Below, one piece after another: positions 20,273 through 32,728 of a stretch of 64,000 nt of DNA. Positions within the stretch are counted from its first letter, which is position 1, and each line of letters starts with the position of its first letter. The position numbers were made by a program, and so were the translations under genes. A model generated the notes under the pieces. The model saw only the letters and a program-made list of their open reading frames with translations. It was not told the origin of the DNA and ran no database searches. Source of the stretch: Candidatus Eiseniibacteriota bacterium (GTDB lineage: Bacteria > Eisenbacteria > RBG-16-71-46); assembly GCA_963725865.1 (NCBI GenBank), contig CAVSAC010000011.1, positions 32,001-96,000 on the forward strand, read 5' to 3'.

Positions 20273-23200
20273 ATGCGCCGTCCCATCGTTCCGCCGCTCG
20301 CTCTGGCCCTCGCGCTCATGGTGGCGCTCGCGGGACCGGTGCGCGCGGCGGACGCGCCGTTCGTGGACGGCCACGTGCTGGTGCGCTGGAAGAGCGGGGT
20401 CACGACCGCGACGCGCCGCGCGCTGCGCGCCACGGTCACGGCGAGCCCGAGCCGGATCTACGACTTCATCGACGCCGAGCTGCTCGACGTGCCCGCGGGC
20501 ACCGTGGCCGCGAGCGTGGCGCGGCTGGCGCTGGACCCGAGCGTGGAGTGGGCCGAGCCCGACTACCTCTGGCACGCCAGCGTCACCCCGGACGACTCGC
20601 TCTTCACCCGGCAGTGGGCGCTGCGCAACACCGGCCAGACCGGCGGCACACCCGGCGCCGACATCCACGCCACCACCGCGTGGGACGTGTCCACCGGCGA
20701 CTCGACGCTGATGATCGGCGTCATCGACACCGGCATCGACTACACGCACCCCGACCTGGCCGGGAACATCTGGACCAACCCGGGCGAGATCCCCGGCAAC
20801 GGCATCGACGACGACGGCGATGGCTACGTCGACGACGTGCACGGCTACGACTTCGACAACAACGACGGCGACCCGCTCGACGACAACGGCCACGGCACGC
20901 ACGTCGCCGGCACCATCGCCGCGCGGGCGGACAACGGCCTCGGCGTGGCCGGCGTGTGCTGGCGCGCGCGGCTGGTGCCGATCAAGTTCCTCGGCGCCTC
21001 GGGCACCGGCAGCATCGTCGGACGCGATCGCGGCGCTCGAGTACGCGCTGCGCGTCGGCGTGCGCATCACGAACAACTCGTGGGGCGGCGGGCCGTTCTC
21101 GCGCGCGCTGCAGGACGCCCTCGACGCGGCCGGCGCGGCCGGCCAGCTGATGGTGGCCGCGGCGGGGAACTCGGCGTGGACAACGACGTCGTCCCGTCTA
21201 CCCGGCGTGCGTACGCGCGCCCGAGGTGATCACGGTCGCCGCCACGGACGACGACTGACGCTGGCGGCGTTCTCGAACTACGGCGCCACCAGCGTCGACC
21301 TCGCGGCGCCCGGCACCGCATCCTGTCGCTGGCCCGGCGGCGGCTCGCGGGCCTCTCGGGCACGTCCATGGCGACCCCGCACGTGACCGGGGTGGCGGCG
21401 CTGCTGTGGCGCCGCTTCCCGGCCCTGAGCGCGGCCGAGGTGAAGGCGCGCCTGCTGGCGGCGGCGGTCACGCTGGCGTCGCTCGCGGGCACCTGCGTCA
21501 CCGGCGGGCGGCTCGACGCGGTCTCGACCATCGCGGATCCCGACACCATCGCGCCGGGATCGATCAGCGACGTCCGCGCGGTGGACGCGGGCTCGAACTT
21601 GGCACCTGGCGTGGACCGCCACCGGCGACGACTCCAGCGCCGGGCCCGCCTCCAGCTACGACGTGCGCGTCGCGACGGCGCCGATCACCGAGGCGAGCTT
21701 CGCGGCCGCGCGGCTGGTGCGGGCCGCGACCCGGCGCAGCGGGCAGCGGCGAGCGCTTCGAGGTCGTCGGGCTCTCGCCCCTCACGAACTACTGGTTCGC
21801 GGTGCGCGCCCGCGACGAGTTCGGCAACCCCGGCGCACTGTCGAACGTCGCGGCGCGCACCACGCTCGAACCGCCGGGGCTCGCGGTCACGCCCGATTCG
21901 CTCGCGGCCGCGCTCGACGGGGGGGCGCGACCACGCGCGCGCTGACGATCGCCAACACCGCCAGGGCACGCTCGACTGGAGCGCGCCGCTGCCCGAGCTG
22001 GCATTCGCGACCCAGGCGCCGCTCGCCGCGCGTGCCCGCGGCCAAGGGCGAGGCCGGTGCCGTGAACCCGCCGGTGGCGCTCGGACGCGGCGGACCCGAC
22101 GCGTTCGGCTACCGCTGGGTCGACACCGACCAGTCCGGCGGCCCGCGCTTCGCATGGGTGGACATCGCGCGCGCGGCGCCGAGCTGGACGATGGCCGGCG
22201 ACGACGCGGTCTCCCGCGCCGCTCGAGCTCGGCTTCGCGTTCCCGTTCTACGGCGGCACGTTCACCAGCGTGCGCGTGTGCACGAACGGCTTCCTCTCGT
22301 TCGCGGAGCGTAGGCGGCGTACGCGAACCAGCCGCTGCCGCGGCGCCGCGCCCGGCCGACCTGGTCGCGCCGTTCTGGGACGACCTGACTTCGGCTTCGG
22401 CGCGCGCCGTGCGTACGCTGGCCGACGGCGCGCCGCTTCGTCGTGTCGTGGGTCGCGGTGCCGCGTTACGCCGGTGGCGAGCCGTGACGTTCCAGGCCAT
22501 CCTCGAGCCGAGCGGCGAGATCCGCTACCAGTACCTCGCGCTCGGGCGAGCCGGCCCCGCGCCACGGTGGGCATCCAGGACGCCACCGCGGCGTCGGGCT
22601 CACGGTGGCGTTCAACCCGCCGTACGTGCACGACAGCCTCGCGGTGCGGTTCGTGCCGCTGCCGCAGTGGCTCACGATCGCGCCCGCGGGCGGGCGCGTC
22701 GGCGCCGGCGCCTCCCAGGACGCCACGGTGCGGATCGAGTCCACCGGGCTCCTGGCCGGCACCTACCGCGGCACGGTCCGACTGCGCTCCAACGATCCGG
22801 CGCGCGCCGTCGCCGAGGTGCCGGTGCGCCTCGACGTGCGCGGCGCGCCGGACCTGCTGGCGCGCCCGCGCGCGCTCGACTTCGCCGACGTGTTCGTCGC
22901 CGGCCAGGCGAGCCGCACCCTCGCCATCCTGGACCAGGGCACCGACTCGCTGCGCGTGAGTGCGATCGACGGCGGCGATCCCCGCGTCACCGCCACGCCG
23001 GGCGCGTTCGCGCTCGCGCCGGGAGAGAGCCGCGTGGTCACGGTGACCTTCGCGCCGCCCGCGCCGGGGCCGCTCGCGGCCACGCTCACGCTCGTCAGCG
23101 ACGACCCCGACACGCCGCGCTACCCGGTGGCGCTCACCGGCCAGGCGGTGCCGGCGCCGAACGCGAGCGTGGCGCCCGAGTCGCTGAGCGCCGCGCTCGC

Positions 23201-26200
23201 GAGCAACGCGGCCGACACCCGCGTGCTGCGCGTCACCAACACCGGCGCGGGACCCTACACGTTCACGGTCGAGACCCTGGCGGGCGAGGGGAGCGCGGCG
23301 GGCGCGGTCGCGCCGCCGGCCGGAGCGGTCCCGTCGCCCGGGGCCCTCGCGCCGTTCGCGGCGGGAGGTCCCGATGCCTTCGGCTACACCTGGCGCGACA
23401 GCGACGCGCCGGGCGGGCCCGCGTTCACGTGGGAGGACGTGCGCCTCAGCGGCACGCGGCTGGCGCTCAGCGGGGACGACGCGCTCAGCGCGCCGGTGCC
23501 GATCGGCTTCGACTTCCCGTTCTACGGCGCGCCGCGCCGCGCGCTGCGGGTGTGCACCAACGGCTGGATCTCGTTCAGCGACAGCACGCGCGTCACCGCC
23601 GCCAACACGCCGCTGCCGAGCGTGTCGCCGGGGGCGCCCTCGGACCTGCTGGCGGCGTTCTGGGACGACCTGGTGTTCGGCGCCGAGCGGCGCGCCTGGG
23701 TGCTGTCGGCTCCGCAGCGCTGCGTGATCCAGTACCAGGACGTGCCGCGCTTCGGCTCGGGCGAGGCGGGCCGGCCCAACACCTTCGAGATCGCACTGTT
23801 CCCCGACGGCAGCATCGAGTTCCGCTACCTCGCCCTGCGCGCGGCAGTGCGGTCGAGCGCCACGGTGGGGATCCAGGACTCCACCCGCGACGATGGCCTG
23901 CAGGTCGCGTTCGACACCGCCTACCTGCGCGACAGCCTCGCGGTGCGCTTCCGTCCGCCGCTGCGCTGGCTGGGCGTGAGCCCCGGCGCAGGGCGTGGTC
24001 GCGTCGGGTGGCACGCTGGGCATCTCGCGGTGCGCTTCGACGCCACCGCGCTGTTCGGCGGCACCTACGCCGCGACACTGCGGCTGGTGGGCGACGATCC
24101 CGTGCGTCCGCAGCTCGCGGTGCCGTGCCGGCTCACGGTGCGCGGCGTGCCCGACGCGCGGGTCGCGCCCGCGTCCCTCGACTTCGGCCTCACCTACCAG
24201 GGCTGGCCGCGGACGCTGCCGCTCGAGGTGCGCAACGCGGGCACCGACACGCTGCACGTGCTCGGGCTGGCCAGCGCGGACGCGCAGGTGCGGGTCGACG
24301 AGCCCAAGTTCGCGGTGCCGCCCCTTTCGAGCCGCACGGTGCGGGTCACGTTCGCCCCGAGCGGACCGGGCACGCTGGTCGGGGCGCTGGAGCTCGCCTG
24401 CGACGATCCCGACACGCCGGCGCTGACGCTCCCGCTCGCCGGCGCGGCGCTCGATCCGCCGCGCGCGGCGGTGAGCCCGACGGCGCTCGACGCGCTCGCG
24501 GCGCGCGGCACGGTCGCGGCGGCGGCCGAGCGGGTGCGCGCGGTGGTGGTGCGCAACGACGGCGCGAGCCCGCTCCACTGGACCGCGACGGTGCGGCTCG
24601 GGCCGGCGATCGCGGGCGCGGCGCCGCCGCTCGATGCCGAGGAGCCGAAGGGATCCCCCGGGAGCCCGGGTACCCGCGGCGGCGGCGGACCGGATCCGTT
24701 CGGCTATGCCTGGACCGACAGCGACGAGCCCGGCGGGCCGCCGTTCGCGTGGGTGGACGCGCGCGCCGGCGCCACGCTGCTGCCGTTCGTCGCCGACGAC
24801 CAGACCGTGACCGGCATCGCGCTGCCGTTCGCGTTCCCGTTCTACGGGCGCCGCTTCGATCACGTCAACGTGTGCACCAACGGCTGGCTCTCGTTCACCA
24901 GCGCGCGCACCACCTTCACCAACACCGGCCTGCCGGATGCGGGGGCGGCGGTGCCCGAGAACCTGGTGGCGCCGCTGTGGGACGACCAGGACTTCGATCT
25001 CGCCACCGGGGCGGGGCAGGCGTCGTGGAACGTGGTGGACGGCGCGTTCGTGGTGACCTTCGCCGGCGTGCGCCACGCCGGCGGCGGCGGCCCGTACACC
25101 TACCAGGCGGTGCTCCACCCGAGCGGGGACATCGACTTCCAGTACCTGAGCCTCGCGGCGCCGCTCACCAGCGCGACGGTCGGGATCCAGGACTCGAGCC
25201 GCACGCTCGGGCTCCAGGTGGTGGCCAACGCCGGTTACCTGCACGACCGCCTGCGGGTGCGCATCGCGCGGGTCGAGCCGTGGCTGGCGCTCGACCGCGA
25301 CAGCGGCAGCGTGGCGCCCGGCGCCACCGACACGGTGCGCGTGCGACTGCGCGCCGCCGACCGCGACTCGGCGCGCTACCGCGGCGAGGTGCGCATCGCC
25401 AGCGACGATCCGGCCCACCCGGTGCTCGCGGTGCCGTGCGGGCTCGAGGTCGCGCTCGAGCGCGCCGCGCTCGCGCACACCGCGGCGCCCCTGAGCGCGG
25501 CGCTGGGCGGCGACACCCTGCGCCTGGTGGCGGGCGCGGGGCTGCTCGCGCATCCACTCGGCGCCTATGCGGGCGAGGTGCCGGCACCGCCGCGCGCCGG
25601 CGCCGACGGGGGCTGGGCGTTCGCGTTCGACCTGTTCGCGGCGCGCGCGGCGGCGGCGGCCGCCGGGGGCGTGCTGGCGCTCGCGATCGAGGACTCGGCG
25701 CGGGCCTGGGTGACGACCCTCGACACGCTCCGGGTGCCGAAGGCCACGCTCGGCGGGGACACTCCGGTGCACGCGCTGGGCTCCGGCCTCGACACCGCGC
25801 GGGTGAGCGCGGGCGCGCGCTTCGACCTGGCGTGGGACGATCCGGCGGAGGCGCCGGCGACGAGCTGGCAGGTGTGGCTGTCGCCGGACGGCGGGCACAC
25901 CTGGCGCCCGCTCGCGCTCGGGCTGGCCGAGCGCCGTGCGGCGCTGGCGTGGCCCGCCGAGCCCGCGGCCCTGGCGCGGCTCGAGGTCACCGGCCTGGCC
26001 GCGGGCGGCGTGGCGTGGTCGTGGCTGTCCGACCCGTTCACGATCCAGCCGTCGGGGGCCGCGCCGCCGCTCGCGTTCGCGCTCGCGCTGGCGGGACCCA
26101 ACCCGGCCATCGCCGAGGTGGCGCTGGAGCTGGCGCTGCCGCGCCCTGCCGCGGTCACGCTCGAGGTGCTCGACGTCCGCGGCGCGCGGGTACGGCGCGA

Positions 26201-26348
26201 CGGGCCGCGCCTGCTCGAGGCCGGCCGCCATGCCTGGAGCTGGGATGGCCGCGACGGGGCCGGCCGCCCCGCGCCACCCGGGCTGTATCTCGTGCGCGTG
26301 AGCGCGCCGGGCCACAGCGCCACGCGGCGCGTCATCCTGCTGCGCTGA
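20273..26348 (+). CDS. Large secreted S8 subtilase with FN3, three repeated accessory modules and C-terminal FlgD/CTD-like domain
   Basis: Signal peptide; triad GVIDTGID / GHGTHVAG / GTSMATPHV; three GGPDxFGYxWxD modules; C-terminal GPNP...WDGRD...GLYLVRV...RRVILLR; many frameshifts between 21000 and 22600. Confidence 0.85.
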
Positions 26349-26535
26349 CGCGCCCGCCGCGTGGCGCGGCGACCCGCTCGTCGCTCGGGCGGCCGCGCTG
26401 GTCCGATGGCGGCAACACCATCCCGCTGGCAACCGTCCACGGAGCGTACGGGCTGGACGGCGTTGGCAGGGCATGGAAGACTGCCGCGCGAGCCGTCCCG
26501 TCGGATCCCCCGGGCGCTGCCTGCCCCATGAGGCG

Positions 26536-28832
26536 ATGAACTCCTTCCTCCTGCTCTCGACGCTGAACCTCTCGCTGGGCGGACTGGTGTTCCTGCTCGG
26601 CTTCGTGATCCTGCGCGAGAACCCGGGTCAGCGGCTCAACCGCGTGGTCGCCCTGATGCTGTTCTTCGGCGGCTTCGGGGCGGTGCTGGCGGCGCTCTCC
26701 TTCATGGCCGCCCAGAGCGCCAAGGGCGCGGCGGCCACCGCGCCGCTGCTGCAGAGCATGTCGTACGTCTGGGAGTTCTTCTTCCCGACGCTGTTCCTGT
26801 TCGCGTGCATCTTCCCCGAGGACCGCCGCTTCATCCGCCGGCTCTCGGAGCGCCGCTGGGGCTTCGGCCTGCCCGGCTTCGAGACGCTGGTGTACGCGCC
26901 TCACGTGGTGCACTTCGCCCTCGCGCTGGCGCTGAGCTTCTGGCGCCCCGACTTCAAGCTCGGCGGCGGCCACGGCACCACCCAGCTGCTGTCCTCGCTG
27001 CTGAGCGTGTTCGGGCTGGTGGTCGAGCTGTTCCTGCTGGTGCATCGCGCGCTGTTCTCGCTGGTGAACCTCGGCTTCGGCCTCGCCGACCATGGTGCTG
27101 CTGTTCGACGCCTACCGCCACGCACGCGTGCCGCGGCTGCGCCAGCAGCTGCGCGTGATCGCGGTCGGGCTCTCGGCGTGCCTGGCGTTCTACTCCGCCG
27201 CGACCTCGGTGCCGACGCTGCTGAATCTGCGCCTGTCGGGCAGCCTGCAGGCCGCGCTCACGCTCACCGCGCTCACGCTCGGCCCGGGCGCCATCGCCTA
27301 CGCGGTGGTGCGCCACAAGTTCCTCGACGCGCGCCTGATCGCGCGCCGCGGCATCCTCTACACCCTGGTCTCCGGCGCGCTGGTGGGGCTCTACCTGCTG
27401 CTGGTCGAGCGCCTCAACCGCGCGCTGCCTGGGCTCACCGGGCTCGACGCGCGCGTGCTCGGCCCGGTGTTCCTGGTGCTGGCCCTGGCGCTCTACCAGC
27501 CCGCGATCGCGCGGCTCGAGGAATGGCTCGACCGCGTGCTGATGCGCGACCCCAACGACTACCGCAACGTGCTGCGCGCGCTCGGCCGTGACCTGCAGAC
27601 CACCATCGACCTCGAGGAGTTGCTCGGGCGCACCATCCGCACGCTCGCCGGCGCGCTGATGCCGCGTGGGGCGTGGATCGTCGCGCTCACCGGCGACGGC
27701 GCGTCGTCACGCAGCGGCGTGGGCGGCGACCTCTCGGCCCGAGGCCGCTGGCCCAGCTGCGCACGCTGCTGCCCAAGGTGGACGCCAGCGTGACCAGCGC
27801 CCGCTGCGCCGACGGCATCCCCGGGCTCGACGAGAGCGAGTGCCGCGCGTTGTCGCGGCTGCCCGGGGTGGCGCTGCTGGTGCCGCTGCGCTGGCGCGAC
27901 GACCTGGTGGGGGCGATCCTGCTCGGCCCCAAGCTGGTGGGCACCGACTACACCGCCGAGGACGTGAGCCTGCTCACCACCCTGGCGGCGCAGGTGTCGG
28001 TGTCGCTGCAGAACGCGCTGCTGCTCACCGAGCGCGTGGCGCTGGCGCGGGTGGAGCAGGAGCTGGCGCTGGCGCAGCGCATCCAGCGCGCCTCGCTGCT
28101 GTCGGAGTTCCCGACGCTGCCGCGCTGCGAGGTGCACGCGTTCTACATCCCGTCCAAGGAGGTGGGCGGCGACTTCTACGACGTCGTCGGCACCGGCGAC
28201 GGAGCGCACCTGGTCGCCATCGCCGACGTCTCGGGCAAGGGCGTGCCCGCGGCGCTGCTGTCGGCGATGCTGCAGGCCTCGCTGCGCACCCAGGCCACCA
28301 GCGTGCGGGCGCCCGCCGAGATCCTCCACAACATCAACACGCTCCTCTACCACAGCACCGACCTGAACCAGTTCGCGACCTTCTTCCTGGCCCGCGTCGA
28401 CGGGGCCAGCCTCGACGTGACGTTCTCCAACGCCGGGCACAACTGGCCGGTGCTGCTGCGCCGCGGCGGCGGGCGCGAATTCCTGGTGCGCGGCGGCACG
28501 CCGCTCGGCATCCTCGAGGACGGCGCGTTCGAGACCGACCGGGTGGCCCTGCGCCCCGGCGACGTGGTGCTGCTCTATACCGACGGCATCACCGAGGCGC
28601 GCGACGCGCACGACGAGGAGTTCGGCGAGGAGCGCCTGCTGGCGCTGGCGGAGTCGCTGCCGCGCGAGCTCAGCGCGCGCGCCTTCGGCGAGCGCCTGCT
28701 CGCGGGCCATCGCGCCTTCCTCGACGGCCGCGAGCAGCAGGACGACATCACGCTGGTGGTGCTGCGCGCGCTCGCGCCGAGCCGGCGCACGCCGACTCGA
28801 CGCCGCTGCCGCAGGCGGTCGCGGCGGGCTGA
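26536..28832 (+). CDS. Multi-TM + GAF + PP2C/SpoIIE phosphatase
   Basis: Hydrophobic N-terminus (ENPGQRLNR, AIAYAVVRHKFLD), GAF (LLVPLRWRDDLVGAILLG...EDVSLLTTLAAQ), VGGDFYD, IADVSGKG, NAGH, YTDG, QDDITL. Confidence 0.88.
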
Positions 28833-28841
28833 GCTACCGGC

Positions 28842-29375
28842 TCACCCGCGCCGCGGTCCGCGCAGGCCGAGCGCCGCCTCCTCGGCCGGGATGCGGATCG
28901 CGAGCGCCACCACGTTCACCGCCGTCGCCGCCAGCGCGGTGCGCCACGCGCCGAACATGAGCGGCGCCGCGAGCAGCTCGATCGCGACCGCGACGTAGTT
29001 GGGGTGGCGCAGCCAGCGATACGGACCGGTGGCCACCGGCGGCGCGCCCGGCAGCACCCACACCCGCACCGTCCAGCGCTCGCCCAGGGTGCGGATCGCC
29101 CAGGTGCGCAGCAGCTGGGCGGCCAGGAACGCCGCGAGCGCGAGCGGCCAGGCGTGCGGCGGGCGCGCGCCGAGCCCGAGGACCTCGCCGATCAGCGCCA
29201 GCGGCCAGGCGACGTGCAGCGCGACGAACAGCGGGAAGTGCGCCGCGGCGTGCTCGACCGCGCCACGCGCCGCCAGCGCGCGGGCGTGGCGCGCCGAGAG
29301 CGCCAGCTCGGAGAGGCGCTGGGCGACGATGAAGGCGAGGAAGGCCGCCAGCGGCAGCAGCGGTGCGGGGCTCAC
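28842..29375 (-). CDS. ICMT-family polyketide O-methyltransferase (BpsB/SrsB-like)
   Basis: QRLSEL, GAVEH, LRTWAIRTLGERW, GPYRWLRHPNY, RIPAEEAAL; overlaps PKS stop. Confidence 0.88.
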   Translation of the reverse strand: MSPAPLLPLAAFLAFIVAQRLSELALSARHARALAARGAVEHAAAHFPLFVALHVAWPLALIGEVLGLGARPPHAWPLALAAFLAAQLLRTWAIRTLGERWTVRVWVLPGAPPVATGPYRWLRHPNYVAVAIELLAAPLMFGAWRTALAATAVNVVALAIRIPAEEAALGLRGPRRG

Positions 29376-30469
29376 GCGGTGGGGCGGCGCATCAGCACCA
29401 TCTCGGAGGCGAAGCCGGGCCCGAGCGCGGCGAGCAGCGCGTGCTGGCCGGCCCCGAGGCCGCCGGAGTCGAGCAGGCGGTCGAGCACGAACAGGCAGGT
29501 CGGCGACGACATGTTGCCGCAGTCGCGCAGCGTCTCGCGCGCGTGGACGAAATCCGCCGGGTCGCGGCCGAGCGCCGCCGCGTAGGCGGCGATCACCTTG
29601 GGCCCGCCGGGGTGCGCCACCACGTGCGGGAGCGAGGCGGTGTCGAGGCCGTGCGCGGCGAGGAAGTCGTCGACCGCCGGACGCACCCACTCGCGCACGA
29701 CGGTGGGGATGTCGCGCGAGAACACCACGTGCAGGCCGGTCCCGTCCACCTCCCAGCCCATGATGTCGAGACTGTCGGGCCACAGCGTGCTGCGCGCGGC
29801 GAGCAGGTCGAGCGTGGAGCGGCCGTCGCTGGCGGCGCCCGGCGCGGGGGCTGCGGCGCCCTGGACCAGCGCGGCCGCGGCGCCATCCGCGAACAGCGAG
29901 GCCGCCACCAGGTTCTGGCGTGAGAGGTCGTCGCGCTGGAAGGTCAGGCTGCACAGCTCCACGCACACGAGCAGCACGCGCGCGGTGGGATCGGCGAGCG
30001 CGAAGTCGCGCGCGCGCGCCAGCCCGGCCGCGCCACCGGCGCAGCCGAGGCCCCACAGCGGGGTCCGGCGCACGTCGCCGCGGCAGCCGAGCCGGCCCGC
30101 GAGCCGCGCGTCGAGGCTCGGCGTCGCGAGCCCGGTCGAGGACACGAACACGATGTGGTCGACGTCGGCGCCGCCGAGTCCGGCGCGCTCGAGCGCGGTG
30201 CGGGCGGCGCGCTCGACGAGCGCCAGCGCGTGCTCGACATAGAGCGCATTGGTGGTGCCGAAGTCACGGGCAGTGGCGAACCACTCCAGCGGCATGCTGA
30301 AGTGCCGGGTCTCGATCCCCGCGTTCTCGAACACGGCGAGCAGGCGCCGGCCGTCGCCTTCGAGGATCCGGGCGAACAGGGTGGAGGCGAAGCGCTGGAC
30401 GTCGTCCTGGCGGACGCGGTGCTGCGGCAGCGCGGTGCCGAGACCGACGAGCCGCGGAGGGTGGGCCAT
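29372..30469 (-). CDS. Type III polyketide synthase (BpsA/SrsA-like)
   Basis: Cys-His-Asn triad: GLGCAGG, HPGGPKV, GNMSS; also ELCSLTF, LFADGAAA, LGPGF. Confidence 0.93.
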   Translation of the reverse strand: MAHPPRLVGLGTALPQHRVRQDDVQRFASTLFARILEGDGRRLLAVFENAGIETRHFSMPLEWFATARDFGTTNALYVEHALALVERAARTALERAGLGGADVDHIVFVSSTGLATPSLDARLAGRLGCRGDVRRTPLWGLGCAGGAAGLARARDFALADPTARVLLVCVELCSLTFQRDDLSRQNLVAASLFADGAAAALVQGAAAPAPGAASDGRSTLDLLAARSTLWPDSLDIMGWEVDGTGLHVVFSRDIPTVVREWVRPAVDDFLAAHGLDTASLPHVVAHPGGPKVIAAYAAALGRDPADFVHARETLRDCGNMSSPTCLFVLDRLLDSGGLGAGQHALLAALGPGFASEMVLMRRPTA

Positions 30470-30773
30470 GCTGCTGTGATGCCGCCGACCGGGGCGCGGT
30501 TCAGCCGGCCTTGACCCGGTCGCATGCCGCCGAACGCGACCCGGTGGGGTCGTGCTCCCTGATCCGTTCCGGGCGCGTCGTGACTTGGAAGGGATCCTGC
30601 CGGACGGCCCGGCCGGGGAGCCCGAGGGTCGAGACGGCGGGAAGCCGGGCCACGTCCCGCTCGAGGCCGCGCTCGTGCCATAATCCCCGCGACCGTGCCC
30701 GGCCCGGCGTCACGCCCGACGCGGGCGGGCCGCGCCCTTCCACGCGTCATCGCCCTCGGCCCCGGAGCTCCGC

Positions 30774-31358
30774 ATGGCCCGTCCCGCCGCCGCCGTCGCC
30801 CTCGTCCTGGGTCTCCTCCAGCCGGTCTCCCCCGCGCGCGCCGCGGCGGAGAAGCCGGTGCCGCTGGCGCCCGGTCACGCCCTGCCGCGGCTCACCGGGC
30901 GCATGCTCAGTGGCCGCGACGGCACGCTGCCCGACCGCGCGCGCGGTAAGGTGACGCTGATCATGCTCGGCTTCTCGTACCAGTCGCGCCACGCGGTCGG
31001 GGCCTGGGCCGAGCGCTACCGCGCCCGCTTCGGCGCCGACACCATGGTGACGCTCTACGAGGTGCCGATGATCGGCGGGATGGCGCGCCTCGGGGCGCCC
31101 TTCATCGAGTCCGGGATGCGGCGCGGCACGCCCGGCGAGCTCCATGAGCACGTGATCGTGGTCTACGGCGACACCCGGCCCTGGCGCACCCGCGTGGGGT
31201 ACACTCCCGAGGCTCGCGATGACGCCTACCTGGTGCTGGTCGACCACGCCGGGCTGGTGCGCTGGCTCGGCCACGGACCGTGGGACGAGTCCCTCGCCGC
31301 GAACCTCTTCGCCGCCGTCGAGCGGCTCACCCCCGTCACCCAGGGAGCGACCCCATGA
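30774..31358 (+). CDS. Secreted hypothetical protein, thioredoxin-like/ATP10-like fold without CxxC
   Basis: Signal peptide; LPRLTG...LP...GKVTLIMLGF...W...YLVLVDHAGLVRWLGHG. Confidence 0.55.
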   Translation: MARPAAAVALVLGLLQPVSPARAAAEKPVPLAPGHALPRLTGRMLSGRDGTLPDRARGKVTLIMLGFSYQSRHAVGAWAERYRARFGADTMVTLYEVPMIGGMARLGAPFIESGMRRGTPGELHEHVIVVYGDTRPWRTRVGYTPEARDDAYLVLVDHAGLVRWLGHGPWDESLAANLFAAVERLTPVTQGATP

Positions 31359-32216
31359 AAGGTCTCGCGAAACGGCTGCGCCTCGAACCGGGCCAGCGAC
31401 CCGGGCTCGCCCGCCGCGACCCACACGCCAGCTTCGGAGCTCGCGACAAGCGCACCGCGGCGACCCAGGTCGCCCTGCGGCTGCGGCGGCTCAACGTGCT
31501 GCAGGAGCGGCTCTACGCCGAGCGAGCCGCGCGCTGCTGGTGGTGCTGCAGGGCATGGACACCGGCGGGCAAGGACGGCATCATCCGCCACGTCATGACC
31601 GGGCTCAACCCGCAGGGCTGCCGCGTCACGTCGTTCAAGGTGCCGACGCGCGGAGGAGCTGGCGCACGACTTCCTGTGGCGCATCCACCAGCGCGGCGCC
31701 GGCGACGCGGCGAGATCGGCATCTTCAACCGCTCGCACTACGAGGACGTGCTGGTGGTGCGCGTGCACGACCTGGTGCCGCAAGAGCGTCTGGTCGCGAG
31801 CGCTACGAGCAGATCAACGAGTTCGAGCGCATGCTGACCGAGAACGGCACGACCATCCTGAAGTTCTTCCTGCACATCAGCCAGGAGGAGCAGCGCGAGC
31901 GCCTCCAGGAGCGGCTCGACGACCCGACCAAGCACTGGAAGTTCAGCGCCGGCCGACCTCGAGGAGCGCAAGCGCTGGGACGACTACATGGCGGCCTACG
32001 AGGACGCGCTCGCGCGAGTGCAGCACGACGCACGCGCCGTGGTACGTGATCCCGGCCGAACCGCAAGTGGTACCGCAACCTGGCCGTGTCGACCTCCTGG
32101 TCGACACGCTCGAGCAGCTCGACCCGCGCTTCCCCGCGGTCGAGCTCGATCTCGAGGCGCTCACGGCGAGCCTGGGCGACGAGGGCCTGGCTCGCGAGCG
32201 CCGGGCGCGGGCCTAG
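31355..32216 (+). CDS. ppk2: Polyphosphate kinase 2, class III-like
   Basis: LQGMD..GKDG, LNPQG..SFKVP, HDFLWR, FNRSHYEDVL, LKFFLHIS, KHWKF, WDDYMAAYED; many frameshifts. Confidence 0.9.
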
Positions 32217-32581
32217 GCCGCGCCGCGCTCGAGTCGCAGCGCCTCGTCGAGCGCGGCCTCGGCCTGCGCGCGCGAGGCGACGTGGTGGGCGGCGACCGAG
32301 CTGGCGACCACGGTGCGCAGCAGGCTCTCGTCCAGGGTCTGCCCGTGGCGCGCCGCGATCTCGCGCACCGACGGCAGCAGGCCGCGCAGCGCCGGTCCCA
32401 GCGTGGCGGGGTCGCCGCTGAAGTTGGCGCGCAGGTACTCGCCGATGCGCTCGTGCGCCTCCATCGAGGTGGCATGCAGGTCGCGGAACGAGACGCCGAC
32501 GTCGACGCGCACCAGGCGCGCGAGCGCCAGCAGGAGCGCGAGCGCGCCGGCGATGCCGATCGAGAGCGTGAGCAGGCTCAT
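32213..32581 (-). CDS. Hypothetical protein with N-terminal TM helix
   Basis: GGAGG RBS; MSLLTLSIGIAGALALLLALARLVR followed by a helical soluble region. Confidence 0.6.
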   Translation of the reverse strand: MSLLTLSIGIAGALALLLALARLVRVDVGVSFRDLHATSMEAHERIGEYLRANFSGDPATLGPALRGLLPSVREIAARHGQTLDESLLRTVVASSVAAHHVASRAQAEAALDEALRLERGAA

Positions 32582-32728
32582 GGGGTCCCTCCGAGGTCCC
32601 GGGTCGCAGGGGTTATCGACCGCAGGGGCGGGCGCCTTCAGCGCACCGATGGGAAGGCCCCGCGGAGCCGCCGCCACGGCCCCCGGCGCGCGCGGGCGTC
32701 CGGGGCCGGTCGCTGCCGGGGCGCGGCC

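Noticed and set aside
22248..26474. Very long antisense and alternate-frame ORFs (e.g. 1408 aa, 1723 aa, 944 aa)
   Set aside because: Arg/Ala/Gly/Pro-rich shadows of real genes, expected in high-GC DNA that is poor in stop codons.
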